A stretch of DNA of 64,000 nt from Eledone cirrhosa (GCA_964016885.1 OZ024742.1:249798001-249862000), one strand, 5' to 3'. Shown: positions 42,403 to 57,007, counted from the first letter of the stretch. Program-made: numbers and translations. Notes: a model not told the origin generated them from the letters alone.

Positions 42403-42825
42403 TCTTCTCTCTCTCTCTCTCTCACTCTCTTCTCTCTCTCTCTCTCCTTCATCTCTTTCTCTCTTCTTTCTTCGAAGTTTGTAAGTTTAAGCGTATATAA
42501 GAGAAAGTTGCAGCATGTATGTAGTTTTATCGAATTTTAAGGTGAGTAGAGAGAGGTAATCAGATTGTATTAGAGGGTTAAAGCGTCATGTATTTAGTTT
42601 TATCGATTATTTCCGTAATTGTGGGTGAGCTTGAAATAAATAAATAGTCGCTGACCTGTGTTAGACTATTCCCATCATTCTTACAAATTTTGAGTCGAGT
42701 TGGTTTGAAATTGTGCAAATGTATAAACATGGAACATGATAAATATATATAGCGTGAAACCAAAAACCATTACATTTGTGCTGCATCTCAGTTTTTGTTC
42801 TCTGTTCATATATTAAACTATATAC

Positions 42826-42951
<126 letters not shown>

Positions 42952-43122
42952 GCACATACACACATACGTACAAACACTTGCATATATATATATATACACA
43001 TATATAGTACATACATACACACATACATATATAAAAATATATAAGCAAATACACACAAACACACATACACACACATATATCCAAACATATACAGGTACAT
43101 ACATAAACATACACACATACAT

Positions 43123-43219
<97 letters not shown>

Positions 43220-43568
43220 TATCCAAGTTGTGGGGTCTGGTCTGCATGAAGAACTCAATGTAATCCGTATGTTGAAAATGATGTAGCTTAAAATAAATCC
43301 CGGAAAACATTTCATTTAAGACAGGAGGGTGACATTTGAGTGAGATTCTATTGAGGTCCCCTCGTTATAGTATTAGACAGGGGTACACAGATTGATTGAG
43401 TGTTAAATACAGTGTGTGAGTGTAAGATACACGAATGAAATGCTAGATGTAGTGTGTAGTGCTCGATAATATGAGTGAAGTGTTAGAAACAGAGTGTAGT
43501 GTGTGAGTGTTAGATGCATGAATAAAATGCTAGATTTAAGAATGTAAGAAAAACAGAGTCATGATATA

Positions 43569-43944
43569 TGTTAAAACAATGAAATAAAAAAATCAAGTCA
43601 TTAGAAATATACTTCACTGCTTTACGATCGTTTCTAGGTGATGATAATACATCATAACTATACCTCGTTATCGATCTATGTAAGGTTAGTTACAAAAATC
43701 AGATAAGGAGAATATTTACTTATATGCATATCACCAGCTCTTTACTTACATGCATATCACCATTGCTTTTGACAACAGCTGGTGATATACATGTAAGTAA
43801 ATATTCTCCTTATTTGATATTTTGTAACTAACCTTACATAGATCGATAACGAGGTATAGTTACGATGTATTATCATCACTTAGAAACGATCGTAAAGCAG
43901 TGAAGTATATTTCTAATGACTTGATTTTTTATTTCATTGTTTTA

Positions 43945-43947
<3 letters not shown>
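43569..43947. repeat. Inverted repeat with ~170-bp arms and ~37-bp spacer
   Basis: Arms are complementary with scattered mismatches; contains GAAAC-GATC-GTA, resembling a hammerhead 3' half. Confidence 0.9.
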
Positions 43948-44026
<79 letters not shown>

Positions 44027-44076
44027 TAAAACATGTCTATAGAATCACAAGATAAAAAGTATATACCATTTCCTCT

Positions 44077-44121
<45 letters not shown>

Positions 44122-44329
44122 TACATAAAATATACACACACATATATAAATAAAAACATATATATATATATATGTTTGTGTATATACATATATACATATA
44201 TATATTTAAATACATACATACACACATACACATATATATATATACAGACACATATATACGAATATATATATATATATATATAAACAATATATATATACAC
44301 ATATATATACATACAAACATATACATATA

Positions 44330-44645
44330 TATACACACATACACATACATACACATATACGCCTATACATATGAATGCACGTACACACAAACATACGCAT
44401 ACATAGGTATGGCCATTCATACTAATACGTACATACATACACTCATAAATAAACACATATACACAGACACATATATACAGTATAAAGATGAAGTATGCTC
44501 TACATGCGGAAAGAGCAGATAGGTAATAAGTACTTACATGACCATAGTGTCGTGTTTCGGGTCGACAGGGGCTAGGGGTAGGGTGGAAAGGAGGTGGAGG
44601 GGGTAATTTGTCGAGTGTTTTTTTTTAAAAAAAAAGGGAAATCGT
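44330..44645. repeat. Dispersed repeat; second copy at about 51930-52250
   Basis: Shared cagtataaagatg..ctctacatgc..gagcagataggtaa..gtttcgggtcga. Confidence 0.85.
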
Positions 44646-44646
44646 T

Positions 44647-46805
44647 TTAGCCATCTGGCATTAACACTGGCTTAAGGTATTTGAAAGTTGCAAAGTTTTT
44701 GTGCATGTAATTCGGGCAGTGTTCAGAGAGTTTGTTCAGTAGCGGGCCCTTGGCAAATAATATTTCGTAGCTCTCTGAGATACAAAGGTCGCAGCACTTG
44801 TGTCGTCCCTTATATGAGCGGGCTTTCTAGAGTATTTTCCATTTAAGCGTGAAGGGGGGGGTCCTTTTGAGGTCCCAAACATAGGAGGCGAGTGTTGTCT
44901 GATTTGATTTGTCCAGTCTTCTGAAAGAGTGGGTATGGACATACCACCGGGTCTTAAGATTATTGGAAGTCATGTCGATGTAAGTCTTTTTGTTGTTGCT
45001 ATCATCGGTGCCTGAGATGACATCACATTTGTAGACGATGTCATTTGTCAGGCATTTTTTTTCAAGTGGGCAGGCTTCCTTATTTAGGCAGTTGCATAAG
45101 GCCTCAGTACGGGGATTGAGTTCGGAGATGGTTGGCTTATTTATTTTTTTAGCATTGAAATTGGCTATATTCCTATCTAGGTTAGGTGTGGTAGAGTAGG
45201 AGAGTCTTATTGTGTTCTTATTGAAGATGGTGTAGTACCTATGTTGTATGGGGAAGTGTATGTTCAGCAAAGTGAAGAAAGTCCTAGCTATAGGTGTAGA
45301 GACCTCTCTATTGAGGGGGGGGGTACCAACTAATCTACCTATGCCCATTCTTCCTATCTAGTCTTGCGGTGGTTTCTAGGTAGGTTATCTTTACTTTAAA
45401 TCCACTGCGGGCGAGGGCGTCATTGTAGTAGGAGGCGGAGGCATTAAATATATCTTCATTGGCCGAGAGGCCGTAGATTCTAATTGAGACGCTCTTTACT
45501 AAGTTATCAGTGATGTTTTGGGGGTGGTTAGAATTAACATTAATATATCTAAGGGACTCGTTAGGTTTGTGGTACGGGTAATAGAGGAAAGTATCTAGGT
45601 CGAGAGTGACATCTAAAAAGTTGGCCCTAGTCATATTAGATTCTATAGTTATACTAAATCCTAGATTACGGAAGACCGAGCTTAAGTTTCTCCGGAACAC
45701 ATCAGTGGTTCTGGGGTTAACCTTGTGCAAGGGGAAGAGGCCGTCGTCTCGGTATAAACCTCCAGAGAACCAGTAAAGAGGTTCTTCGGGTGATGTAAAA
45801 TGTACAGGCACACGAGGTCCCGTATTTCAGCCGAATCACTCGCTCCCATGCTGACGTCAAAGAGGGTCTGAGACTTGTTGTTGATCCAGTAATATCCCTC
45901 GTGGTGTAGGAAGGTCTTACGGGCATGGAGGATTACGTCTTTTTCACCGTCTGTTATGGTGGTAAAATTCCTGGAAAAAGTAAGTGCGTCCTTCAGGAGG
46001 GACACTGAGATAGAAGCATAGTAGTCTTCTCTGTCGAGTTGCAGGAAGTGAGTGTGGCGTTTGTCGAACAGTTCTTGGAACCAACATATTGCCTCAGATG
46101 TTCTGCTCCAGAGTGGGAGTGCTGAGGCAGCCCGCAATGATGGTAGAACTCTATCGAGGATCTTTTTGCTGATAAAGCCGATGTCCAAACGTGTGGGGTT
46201 GATAAGTCTGACTGATGGTTTGTTGAAGAAGTTCCCCTTGTGATCCTTCAGGTTAAAGTGCGGGGTCTTTACCCTTAAAGGTTCTGTTCGGTCGTGTATT
46301 TTAAGGGACTTGGTCATTTCTTTTCCGGCCGAATTTGTCTCAGTCAATGCCATCTCATTTACCTTTGTGTAGGTGGTCGTGATGGCATTTTTTACCAGCT
46401 TATTATAGGTCTGTGCGTTTTGGTTTTATCGCAGGAGACATGGAGATTGGGGGAATTTTTTATATTCCGCATTTCAGTATTTAAGTAGGGCTGGAATGGT
46501 GTGTTGGCTCTACGAAATTTGATATCTTTGATCATCTTTAAGAGGTCTTCCTCAAATGGTTCAAGTAGCCTGTTGGTGGGTGGTGCCTTATTCGTTTTGA
46601 AACCGAACATCTCATCATTGGTAGATGCTACATCAGGGTTGTCGAGTAAGAAGGCTCTCCATCTAGTTCGCTTCATGAACTCGTCTGTACGTCTGATGAG
46701 TGTTTTTAGGTAAAGTTTCCTTGAAGGGATGGGGATTTTCTTCATGGAGGCATCAAGGTTGAGTTTGGACATTACATGGTGGGGATTGGGATGGGTGTAG
46801 GTCAT
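44647..46805 (-). pseudogene. Penelope-like (Naiad-type) RT + GIY-YIG polyprotein, frameshifted
   Basis: SMKKIPIPS, KDHKGNF..VRLINP, FDVSMGASDSAEI, GLYRDDGL, NFLDVTLDL, YINVNSNHP, CNCLNKEACPL, IVYKC..YIDMT, CCDLCISE..LLNK; stop at 44647-44649. Confidence 0.93.
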
Positions 46806-47268
46806 TGGTTGAAGGATTTAAAGAAAAGTGAGTTCATTGAAAGCTAATTCTTTAAAGCTATAATATTAACATTGCCAGAAAGAACACTGTAAACAAATAC
46901 AAAATTGGAATACCAATCCTTGTTTATCACTTAGACTAACAATGCCTGTAAGACAGGTGTCTACAGGATGGGTGGGGTTCAATGGTTTAAAGAAAGGGGA
47001 AATTCTTTAGAAGCGAATTTTTCAAGGCTGAAAAAAGGGTGACAAAAGCAGAAAGGGTTCCATCAGCTGATTCAAGTGTTGGGGTGAACCCCCTTATTGT
47101 GAAGTTTCTCTTAATATATATTCCAGGTGTTGACAAACACATACACGCACGCACACACAGGCAGGCACACACACAACACAACAAACATACATAATGGTAC
47201 ATAAACATACATATATATGTGTACATACATACGCATACATATACACATATATATATACATATACATAC

Positions 47269-47312
<44 letters not shown>

Positions 47313-47321
47313 GTATACATA

Positions 47322-47693
47322 TGGTGGCTGCCAACTCGTTTTCGAGTACGGCCACTACTTTATGTCCATGTAGGAGAACCCTTACCGATGCGCTGAACGA
47401 GTGTGACTTTTTAGTCCAGCCAGCGACTTGAAAACTCTGGTACAAACACTACACTTGTGACAATTATTGACACATAGTGCTGGGCCCATGGTACCATGTG
47501 AGGACAAGTGCAGAGAGATCTCCAGATATAAAGCAATGCCTGTGCCGTGAAGCTTTTATAGTGAGCAAAGGCACTGCACAAAGCCAGTCCCACTCTCTTA
47601 ACCAAAATGATATGTACCAAAAAGAAGAACAAGTCAACATCATTGGATACCATCAGGGTTGCAGGTGTTATATCAGAGTTTTCCTTCTCCTAG
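47322..47693. repeat. Inverted copy of the 19983-20357 repeat
   Basis: Reverse-complement similarity. Confidence 0.88.
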
Positions 47694-47702
47694 ATGTATA
47701 TG

Positions 47703-47733
<31 letters not shown>

Positions 47734-47919
47734 GTATATGTATATGTATATATATGTGTATATGTATGCGTATGTATGAGTGCGCTGATATACAACCGGT
47801 ACTGGCATTGATAAATATGGTGGGTCCGTCAACCCTTATTATATATATATATATATATATATATTTCGTTTCTGAATTTGTTTAGCAAGATTCTTTATCT
47901 GAAAACGTGTGTTGAAACC

Positions 47920-48200
47920 GATATTGTTATACTTTGGAAGGGTCATATTGCCAATAAGAAACACACGCACCAGTTACTTTCACTCCAATTTATTATAAAT
48001 TAAAAAATGTTTCAAACATTTTTTTTTTTATTTATAAATATCCGGTTGGCTGGTTGGTTGGTTGGTTCCACAACCGGACGGTTGTTCATATACTGTCAAA
48101 GTTCTTACGTCACACATTCTGTGACCTCTTCAGTGAATGGGGATTCTTTTCTTTGTTTTGTGCCTCTCCTTTTTTCTGTCCTACGCGATCTGCGCCATCT
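47920..48200 (-). mobile_element. PLE pLTR matching about 62120-62362, with hammerhead 48095-48137
   Basis: Reverse-complement match; CTGAAGA-ggtcaca gaatg tgtgac-GTAA (mutated GAAA). Confidence 0.8.
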
Positions 48201-48488
48201 GCGTAGAACAAAGGAGAGGCACAATATATATATATATATTGCTCTGGTCTTCTTTAGCCCATGGAGCTCTTGCCATCATGACTAGGAATTTGCGTTACGC
48301 TTCGCTTTTTCTACCCGCCGAAATGCGATTCTCGCTGAATTTATATAAATATATATATATATAAATATATATACAGCGTGAAACCAAAAACCATATCAAT
48401 TGTGGTGCATCTCTGTTTTTTGTTCTCTGTTCATATATTAAACTATATACATATATAGACATATATATACATATATATACATATATTT

Positions 48489-48530
<42 letters not shown>

Positions 48531-48534
<4 letters not shown>

Positions 48535-48916
48535 ACTAGAGATTGATTAACATATAAATAAACATGAATAATCACAGGAGATAATGTTTACAAATGTGTA
48601 ACCACACATAGATAGGTGGGTAACTAAATAAAGTTGACCAGAACTTCAAAAATAGATACCTTATAATATGATTAATCTTCCCTGTATATATTCCATTAAA
48701 GAAATATATTTCACCAATTAATCAGATGGTAAACCACAGAAGTGGATACTTGGATTTTCAACAAGGGAAGATTAATCATATTATAAGGTATCTATTTTTG
48801 AAATTCTGGTCAACACTATTTAGTTACCCACCTATCTATGTGTGGTTACACACTTGTAAAAATTATCTCCAGTGATTATTCATGTTCATTTATATGTTAA
48901 TCAATCTCTAGTTATT
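48531..48916. repeat. Inverted repeat with ~150-bp arms and ~80-bp spacer
   Basis: aataactagagattg...ttaatcttccc versus gggaagattaa...caatctctagttatt, with several mismatches. Confidence 0.9.
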
Positions 48917-49059
48917 ATAAAATGCTCGGGCCTACTCATTAGAATCTTAGAGCTTATTTTGCGGGTGATATGGCGCATGTCTTTCTGGCATGACACCCAT
49001 AATTTTGATTGAGATTAAATTCATTTGATTTATCTTATTTTGGGATATATATATATATA

Positions 49060-49941
49060 TGTTCTGAGAACATCAAGTTCCTCCAAGATTTGCTGACATC
49101 AGACGATGGGAAAATGAGTTCTCTTCCACTGGACGCTACCGAGAATGTACCGAGTTGATGTTGATCTTGCTTGGTGTCAACCCTCCTCGTGGAATTCATT
49201 GGATGCTGCCTGGTGCACATCATAACGCTCGGTGGATGTCCACAATCATCTATAGTGCAAAGATGTATGCATTTGGTGAGCGACCCAATTACGATCAAGC
49301 TAAAATGGAAAAGTTGCGCCGGATCTGTATGTCCAATGCTCTGTTCTACGTGCGATACTGGCTAACAGCAGTGAAGTGTGCTGATGCATCATCCAATGAC
49401 CTTCAATTCTACGTGGAGTTGACACAGTACAGTAAGTTTGACAGAGATCTCTCGCAGGCAGCCACTACTGCTCTGAGCAGGCATCTTTGGTACCTGACGG
49501 AGGAAGCCATTCTACTAGCGCTGTTTTCAAGTCGGGTCCAAGAGTCCGAGAAAAACAAATAGCCCAACGTCTTGTCAAAACGAAAACGCTGGGCCTCTCG
49601 ACCGTGGTGCTCCAGTATTTCCCGAGTTGAAGTCGTCCACGAAGCTGCCGCATATAGTTGGGAAGAAATCAAGGCTTCTGTTCGATCTCCTTGGTCTCGA
49701 CGATACTTGGCTTGAGCTGTCACCTGCAACTTGGTCATCACAAGAATCATATCAAAATGCCTGTGCTGTTCTTCACAATATCAAGGTTGTCAAAGATCTG
49801 GCGGAGAGAGCAGTCAAGTTGATAACAGATTTTGTTGCCATCACCAAGAATGAGGAGGAGAAGCTGTGTGTTCTTCAAGTAGTCGAAGCTCATCGTCGCG
49901 AGGTCCCGGATTTCAAAAAAGAAACTCTGAAAAAAATATGA
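49060..49941 (+). pseudogene. DNA transposase C-terminal remnant (resembles cc8K15.2-like / possibly Sola2-type proteins)
   Basis: PGAHHNARWM..IIYS.K, HLWYLTEE...LALF, VVKDLAERAVKL (catalytic-E-like motif), QVVEAHRR; interrupted by a stop and a frameshift. The family name is from recall and needs a search. Confidence 0.7.
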
Positions 49942-50314
49942 CTGGAGTTAACTTAACTGAACTTGTTTCTTCCTTGTACGCCTTTATATTCAAAGCTGAT
50001 TTACTAAGTATAATGGATTAATAAAATAAACAATTATTGTATGGTCATATTTGGTTTCACATTTTCATGATTTCATGCAACATAATCACCCTTTCCACTA
50101 TAATCACCATGATATAGGCAAAACTCAAAATAATTTATTTTATACAAAATATGTTTTATTTTACCAACTGGGGCATTTCTAATGTGAAAATACACAGGGA
50201 GCTTTAGTATTGTGACCTTGCTATTTATAGCACACTCTAATATATATATATATGTATATATACACACGCACATACACACATACATGCAAACACTTGCATA
50301 TATATATATATATA

Positions 50315-50472
50315 TGTAAGGCGGGTAAAATTCCCGAGATCCATGGACGAGTTCTCTCCAGCGGTCTCTGTCCCTCATTATCGCTGCCATGTCCTGCGTC
50401 TCCAACAGACCAGTGTCTGTCCTTAGGGCATCAACATACGTTAACCTTGGTCTTCCTCTTCTAGTGTGTCCA
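50315..50472 (-). mobile_element. RTE LINE extreme 3' fragment
   Basis: [22 protein letters not shown]...MRDRDRWR. Confidence 0.8.
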
Positions 50473-50550
50473 TGTATATATATAAATACATACACGCATA
50501 CAAACATATATATACACATATATACATATATAAATATATATATATATATA

Positions 50551-50623
<73 letters not shown>

Positions 50624-50664
50624 TACACTCAAACATATATACATATATATACACACATACACAC

Positions 50665-51400
50665 TCATTGTCTTCTTCATGATGAAATCGATGACAATGA
50701 GGAAAATGAAAGGCGAAAGGATGCAGCCTTGTCGAACACCCGTCAAAATGTCGAACATTTCGGTGTTTCTGTCCCTTGTCCTAACGCAGCACCTGGAATG
50801 TCGGTACAGCGACCTTAAGATGTTAATATATTTCTCTGGGACACTGTAGAGTCTTACAATCTTCCACAATGACTCCCGATGAACACTGTCAATGTAGTTG
50901 ACAACAAGGGACTTGTGGAACTCCCGACATTGTTCAATGATATTTTGGAGAGTGAAGATCTGCTCTGAACAAGACCTTCCACTGCAGAAGCCAGTCTGTT
51001 CGTCTCGAAAATGACGATCTACTTCTGCTCTCAGCCGGTTCAGGATGACTGTGCTGAATTCCTTCCCTGGCACTGATAGCAACGTGATCCCTCTCCAGTG
51101 TTTGCAGTCGTTGAGACAGCCCTTCGTCGGTAGTGGTAAAATCACTCCATTTCCCCACTCCTCCGGCACCTCCTCTTCTTGCCAAATCACACTGCATAAA
51201 TGGGTGAGCTGCTCCTCTATTACATCCTTGCCGTGCTTCAGAAGCTCTGCAGGAATCTCATCCAGCCTTGCCGCTTTGTTATTCTTTTGGCAGCGGATGG
51301 CCTTGGCCACCTCAGCTCTTGTGATGTCGTCTAGTCGTACATCCAGCCGGTAGCTCGCTTCCTCCCAGTCAAGCTCGAAAACTCTGTCCGGTATGGTCCA
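50665..51400 (-). mobile_element. RTE LINE RT fragment (inverted 5' part)
   Basis: [48 protein letters not shown]. Confidence 0.92.
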
Positions 51401-51419
51401 GGTGTTCCATCGGCAAAGC

Positions 51420-51905
51420 CGTCAAACTCCGTGTTCACATGTCCATTGTAGTACCAACAGCGATATATGCCTGTGAGACATGGAAACATGGAAGAGTACG
51501 GAAAGTGTATGTAACAAGCTTGATGTATTCCACTGACGTTGCATTCGCACCATATTGAAAATTTGATGGAGAGACCAAGTTAGCAGCGAAGAAGTGATGA
51601 GGAGGTCAGGATTGGAGAGGTTAAGGGACTTTGTCCGGAAAAGGAGACGGCGGTTCGCGGGCCACCCCCTTCGTTTGCCGGCAGATCGACCTGCTCTTAT
51701 TGCCATGGATTGGGTACCAGAAGGTGGCAGGAGAGAACGGGGAAGACCACGAAAAAGATGGCGGAGCACATTCAGGGAGGACCTGCGGGAGATGTGAATT
51801 ACCTGGAGAGGTGCTAGAAGAGCCGCCAGTGACAGGATCAAGTGGAGGAAGCTCGTCGCCCAATGTTCCACAAGGGACTGGAGGAACTAAGACTAAGACT
51901 AAGAC
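51420..51905 (+). mobile_element. RTE LINE 3' part with (ACTAAG)n tail
   Basis: IYACETW, FAGH.LRLPADRP, WVPEGGRRERGRPRKRWR; tail taagactaagactaaga. Confidence 0.9.
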
Positions 51906-52245
51906 ATACATTCACATATATATATATATATATACACAAACATACACATACATACACATATACGCCTATACGTGTAAACGCACGTACTCACAAACATACG
52001 CATACATACGTATGGCCACTCATACAAATACGTACAGACATACACTAATAAATATACACATATACACAGACACATATATACAGTATAAAGATGTAGTACG
52101 CTCTACATGCTGAAAGAGCAGATAGGTAAGAAGTACTTACATGACCATAGTGCCGTGTTTCGGGTCGAGAGGGGGTAGAGGTAAGGTAGGAAGGAGCTGG
52201 AGGGGTATTTTGTCGAGTGGGTTTTTTTTTAAAAAAAGGGAAATC

Positions 52246-52283
<38 letters not shown>

Positions 52284-52288
<5 letters not shown>

Positions 52289-53213
52289 AGTGGTACCCGG
52301 CGTTGCACGGGATAAGGTATTTTGAAACGCGGGCCGCCAACAGACCTAATTGTGGAAAAACTGCATGCAAGGACAATATGTAAAGAAAATAAACCGAATA
52401 CTCTGATGGCTGGATAATCTTTAAGATTTTCATCGATGAAGGAGGAAAAATGCAGGTTTTCACTTAATGCCGGCCCTAGGGGATCAAGAAAATGAATTTT
52501 TTTTATGTGCATAATATGCCTTGAAATGTCGGGAAAATCGGCTAGACGTAACGTCTCTAAAAAGCCCTAAGACGCTGAAGAAATGAAGTGTTTTGCCTAA
52601 TGCGGGCCCTAGGCCATAAAAAAGTTGGATTTTCTTTGCTCACGGTATCAGAAGAGACTGACTAATACATAGTTACAATTTCAAGGAAATCGGTCTAATG
52701 TAACGCCTCAAAAAAAGACTAAAAAGCTTAAGAACGCAATTTTTAACCTAATGCGGGCCCAAGGAGATCAACAAGTTGAATTGTATGTGCATAACACTCC
52801 CTGAAACATAAGTAATACACATGTAAAGTTTGAAAAAAATCGGTTGGGTACTTCTCGAGTTTTAGGGATTCAAACTCACAGACACACACACACACGCACA
52901 CACACACACACACACACACAGACATACAGACATCCTTAGGGAAGTGACGTAATGCAGACAGCCAGACATACAGACAGATATTATAAGGGCGCGTCGTTAT
53001 ATGTATGTATCTAAAAAGAGAAAGACTAAGAATTATAGAGAGAGATCGCTAAATCGCCTAATGCGGTCCCTAGGGCATTGAAAATTTGAAATTATTTTTG
53101 CTCAGAACACTCCCTGAAACTAAAGTATTACGTGTAACGTTTGAAAAGAGTCGGTTGGGTGTTTCTCGAGTTTTAGGGATTCAAACTCACACACACACAG
53201 ACAGACATCCTCA

Positions 53214-53222
<9 letters not shown>
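52284..53222 (+). mobile_element. Helentron-associated/HINE (DINE-1-like) non-autonomous element
   Basis: 5' hairpin cccggcgttgcacggg, internal subrepeats taatgcgggccctagg x4, (CA)/(CAGA) microsatellite, end cagttttatata. Related ends occur at 41725-41757, 60565-60835(-) and 62560-62595(-). Confidence 0.6.
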
Positions 53223-53280
<58 letters not shown>

Positions 53281-53455
53281 GAAAAGAAAAAACCGAGATG
53301 TCCTACACGACTGAAAGTATAAGAAGAAATCGAAAATGCACCTGGAGTCATTGTACATGTAATACAAAGTTCTGTTTGTGTCAATTTTGTCGTCATTAAG
53401 CGTGCACGTATCTCTAATATATTCATCTACTTACACGTTAATTTCCTGAGCAACC

Positions 53456-55470
53456 TGTTGTATGGATCGAACAACTGGAACATTTCTCTGGTCGGGACGT
53501 GCTTCCTTCATTCACATGTTGCGGTACCAGACGTAAGTAAACGGTACGAATCGTGGAATGCACTTTTCTCCAGGTGAAGCAACTTCCCCGCCTTATGAAG
53601 ATCGATGATTGAGTAGAATTAGCTGGAGATATGGATACCAATTACCAACGACAGGATTCAAGATACCACAATGGAGTTGCCGCAAGGGCAAGGGAAATTT
53701 CTTGGCGAGATATACTTACAGTCGGTCGAAGATGTCACACCTGGCTCATGACCTGTGAAGCAAAGTCTTACGAGGACGACGTGGAGAGTAACCTACACGA
53801 TATGCAATTAAGTTCTCTCGTCGAAACACAAACATTAAAGGTTATCCGATATATTAACATCCCGAAGAATATCATGAAGATGACTTACGCTGATCTCAAA
53901 AATCTGATTCTCAGTTATGTTGCTCCTTCAAGGAAACTGATATTGGCCGAAAGAACAACGTTTTACTCCTTTATTCAACAGCCATATGGGTCAATTTATC
54001 AATTTCTTTCGAATCCTCGATACGCCCGTGAATACTTCGATTTTTAGAGACTGAAAACATCTAAAACTACTGTGACTGAAAATCTCACATTATCTCATTT
54101 ATTTGTAGGTCTGAGAAGCAGAGAGGATAGAGAAAAAGTTCATGAAGCTAACGGAGCTAGTGAACTCAGTTTGGAGGCTTACAGAACAATTTCTACAGCG
54201 TTCTTCGCAAATATCAACATTTTGTAACGACAATTCAAAACAGGAGGTTATTGCTTATTCTAAAACGACAAAACAAGATGAAAAAAAGAATTTAAATGAT
54301 GAGCCGTGTTACCCCTGTGGAAAATCCTGGTTCATACAGCATAAATATCCACAAATATCCAGCAATACAAGCTACTTTCACAAATTAGCAGGAACGGCCA
54401 TTACGCAAATATTTGCAAAAGGACCAGGAACTTTCACAAGGTAAATCGTCAAGATGGAATCATGACTCTTATCAGTCACACAGCTGAAAACCCCACATTT
54501 GAACCTGTTTTACGCAATTGTCACATTGTTGACATGATGCATGATACGGTCGCATCCTGCCTCCAGCATTATCTCTTCTGATGTGTTAAATGACATCGGC
54601 GTGACTATAACAAAACAGTCTTCGCAGGAATCGTATGATGGACATCGCATGGAGTGCATTGGTGAAGCATGTCTTACTGTTACGCGCAGATGTCAATAAT
54701 TTCTCCATACTTTCAAATTAAACGTTGCTGAAATTATGGTCTACTAGGTCGAGATCTACTGAATGTTGGAACAGGTTGCAGTACTGAATCATTTTTTCAG
54801 CGAAAATCAAGAGTACACATTTCTGCTAACTTAAAAACTAATGCTTCTGATAAATTCTGTGCCTGTTTCGTTCAAGGAAGATGTGGCAAAGGAATTGGAT
54901 GCATTGGTAGCAAAAATTGTAATTAAAAATACCCTCCTAGTGGCGTAGTCAATACTTCTGTCGGTTAGGTTAGAAAGATAAATGGACGACCTCGTATGTG
55001 TCCTGACTACTAAGTTCACCTGAATTAAATGATCTGCACTGACGCCTATACTTGCCACACACGGAAAACATATTAAGCAAGCTTAGTGGTGCAATATTCT
55101 TCGCTAAGATTGATTTAACTGATGCATATTGGCAGATTGAACTCGATGAAGACAATCAGAAGCTCTGTGCCATCAATACTACACGTTACACACACCAAAA
55201 GAAAACTTACAAAAGTGCTTGATATGACTTGTCGGTCTTTTCAGACTGCCAAATGTTGTTGTATCAGACAACGCTCCCGAATTTATGACATTGAATGATT
55301 GGTGGTCTACCCTTGGCATTAAGTACATATACACACCTACTTACCATCAACAGTCAAATGGATAAGCTAAGCGACTTGTTCAAGACATTAAGTGTGCCTT
55401 ATCTTCATGGAATCATATCAACGACTTCATTGTAGTATCATATGCATTGAACAACTGGAACATTCCTCGT
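53456..55470 (+). mobile_element. Gypsy-type LTR retrotransposon remnant with internal deletions
   Basis: gag-like LILAERTTFYSFIQQ; protease-like HDTVASC; RT FAKIDLTDAYWQIELDEDNQKLCAINT; integrase VVSDNAPEF and TPTYHQQSNG; gaacaactggaacatt at both ends (LTR remnants). Confidence 0.85.
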
Positions 55471-55579
55471 TAGGGATATGGTATCTTTTCTTAAATTATA
55501 TGCGTAGGTAATTGAAGAAGGAACAGCAAATAAGAAATTTCTAATTGTAGAACTGTTGAACTGAAGCGAGATGTAATAA

Positions 55580-55765
55580 TAATTTTTTCTACTTTTTTCA
55601 GAAGGCAAGCAATTAACCAGTGCATTACTGGTACTTTAATTTTATCGACCCCTTAAGGATGAAAAGCAAAGCTAAACTTGGTAGGATTTGAACTCAGAAC
55701 ATAAAGGGACATAGCTCTATGCTGCGAAGCATGGTATCTGAGGCCCTACCGATTCTGCTAATCCA
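55580..55765 (-). mobile_element. tRNA-derived SINE copy
   Basis: Reverse complement of the SINE unit. Confidence 0.85.
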
Positions 55766-56313
55766 ATAATGATAACATTGAATATAATTCCGCGGTGACC
55801 GAAAGAATTGTGCACTCCTCAGAGCTGTCAGACTGTACTTCGAACCTGTTGAATAAATTGTGTACCCCATTCAGCTGAAGCATAATATATATACAAAAAA
55901 ACACGAGGACACGTGAAACACGTAATTCCGATATGATTGGCTGTCGCTAAATAATTAAACGATTAAATATTACATTTTAGATAACATTCAATATGAGTAC
56001 AATGCGTGACAGAAGACAATAAGAATCCATTTCTTTACCATTCCATGTATGAATAAATTAAGTGAGTTGTATATGTTTGTACTTCTTTCTTTTTTTTCTT
56101 TTTTTTTTGCTACGATTTATGAGTATTCTCTTAAAGGGTCTTTATATGGTGTATTAATAATGTTTCACATGGCCAAAAAATAACGTGTGAAATACTTATG
56201 AGATGACATGTTATGAGATTAATACACAAAGTTAAATCTAGAACACAGTTGTGTTTTCAATACAATTCACTGGAGAAGATTTGTTTACCATTAATCCATT
56301 TATGCCCCACCAC

Positions 56314-56398
<85 letters not shown>

Positions 56399-56714
56399 AG
56401 GTATTATATATATAAACATGCATACATATATATGTATGTGTGAGTATGTGTGTGTATGTGTATGTGTATATATGTACGTATGTGTGTGTATATATATATA
56501 TGTGTGTGTATGTATGTGTGCATGTATGTATACAGATATGTATGTATATATATGTAATATATGTATAGATATATGTGTGTAAGGTATGTGCATATATATT
56601 ATTCGTGGGGAAAAAATACGTCAGACAATGGCTGAATGTATTTATATATGAATGCGATTGAATGTTATTGTGTTTATTGTCATTGAAATAAATATTTACA
56701 CATATTAGCCATAG

Positions 56715-56900
<186 letters not shown>

Positions 56901-57007
56901 CGAGTGTGTGGGTGTATTTATCTATCTTCTCTACCTTACTACCTTTCTATAAAACTTCTTGTCAATCTGTCATCTATGTATCTATGCATTAATCCATATA
57001 TATATGT

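Noticed and set aside
47893-47930. CTGAAAA...GAAAC motif
   Set aside because: C3:A8 mismatch and no supporting stems
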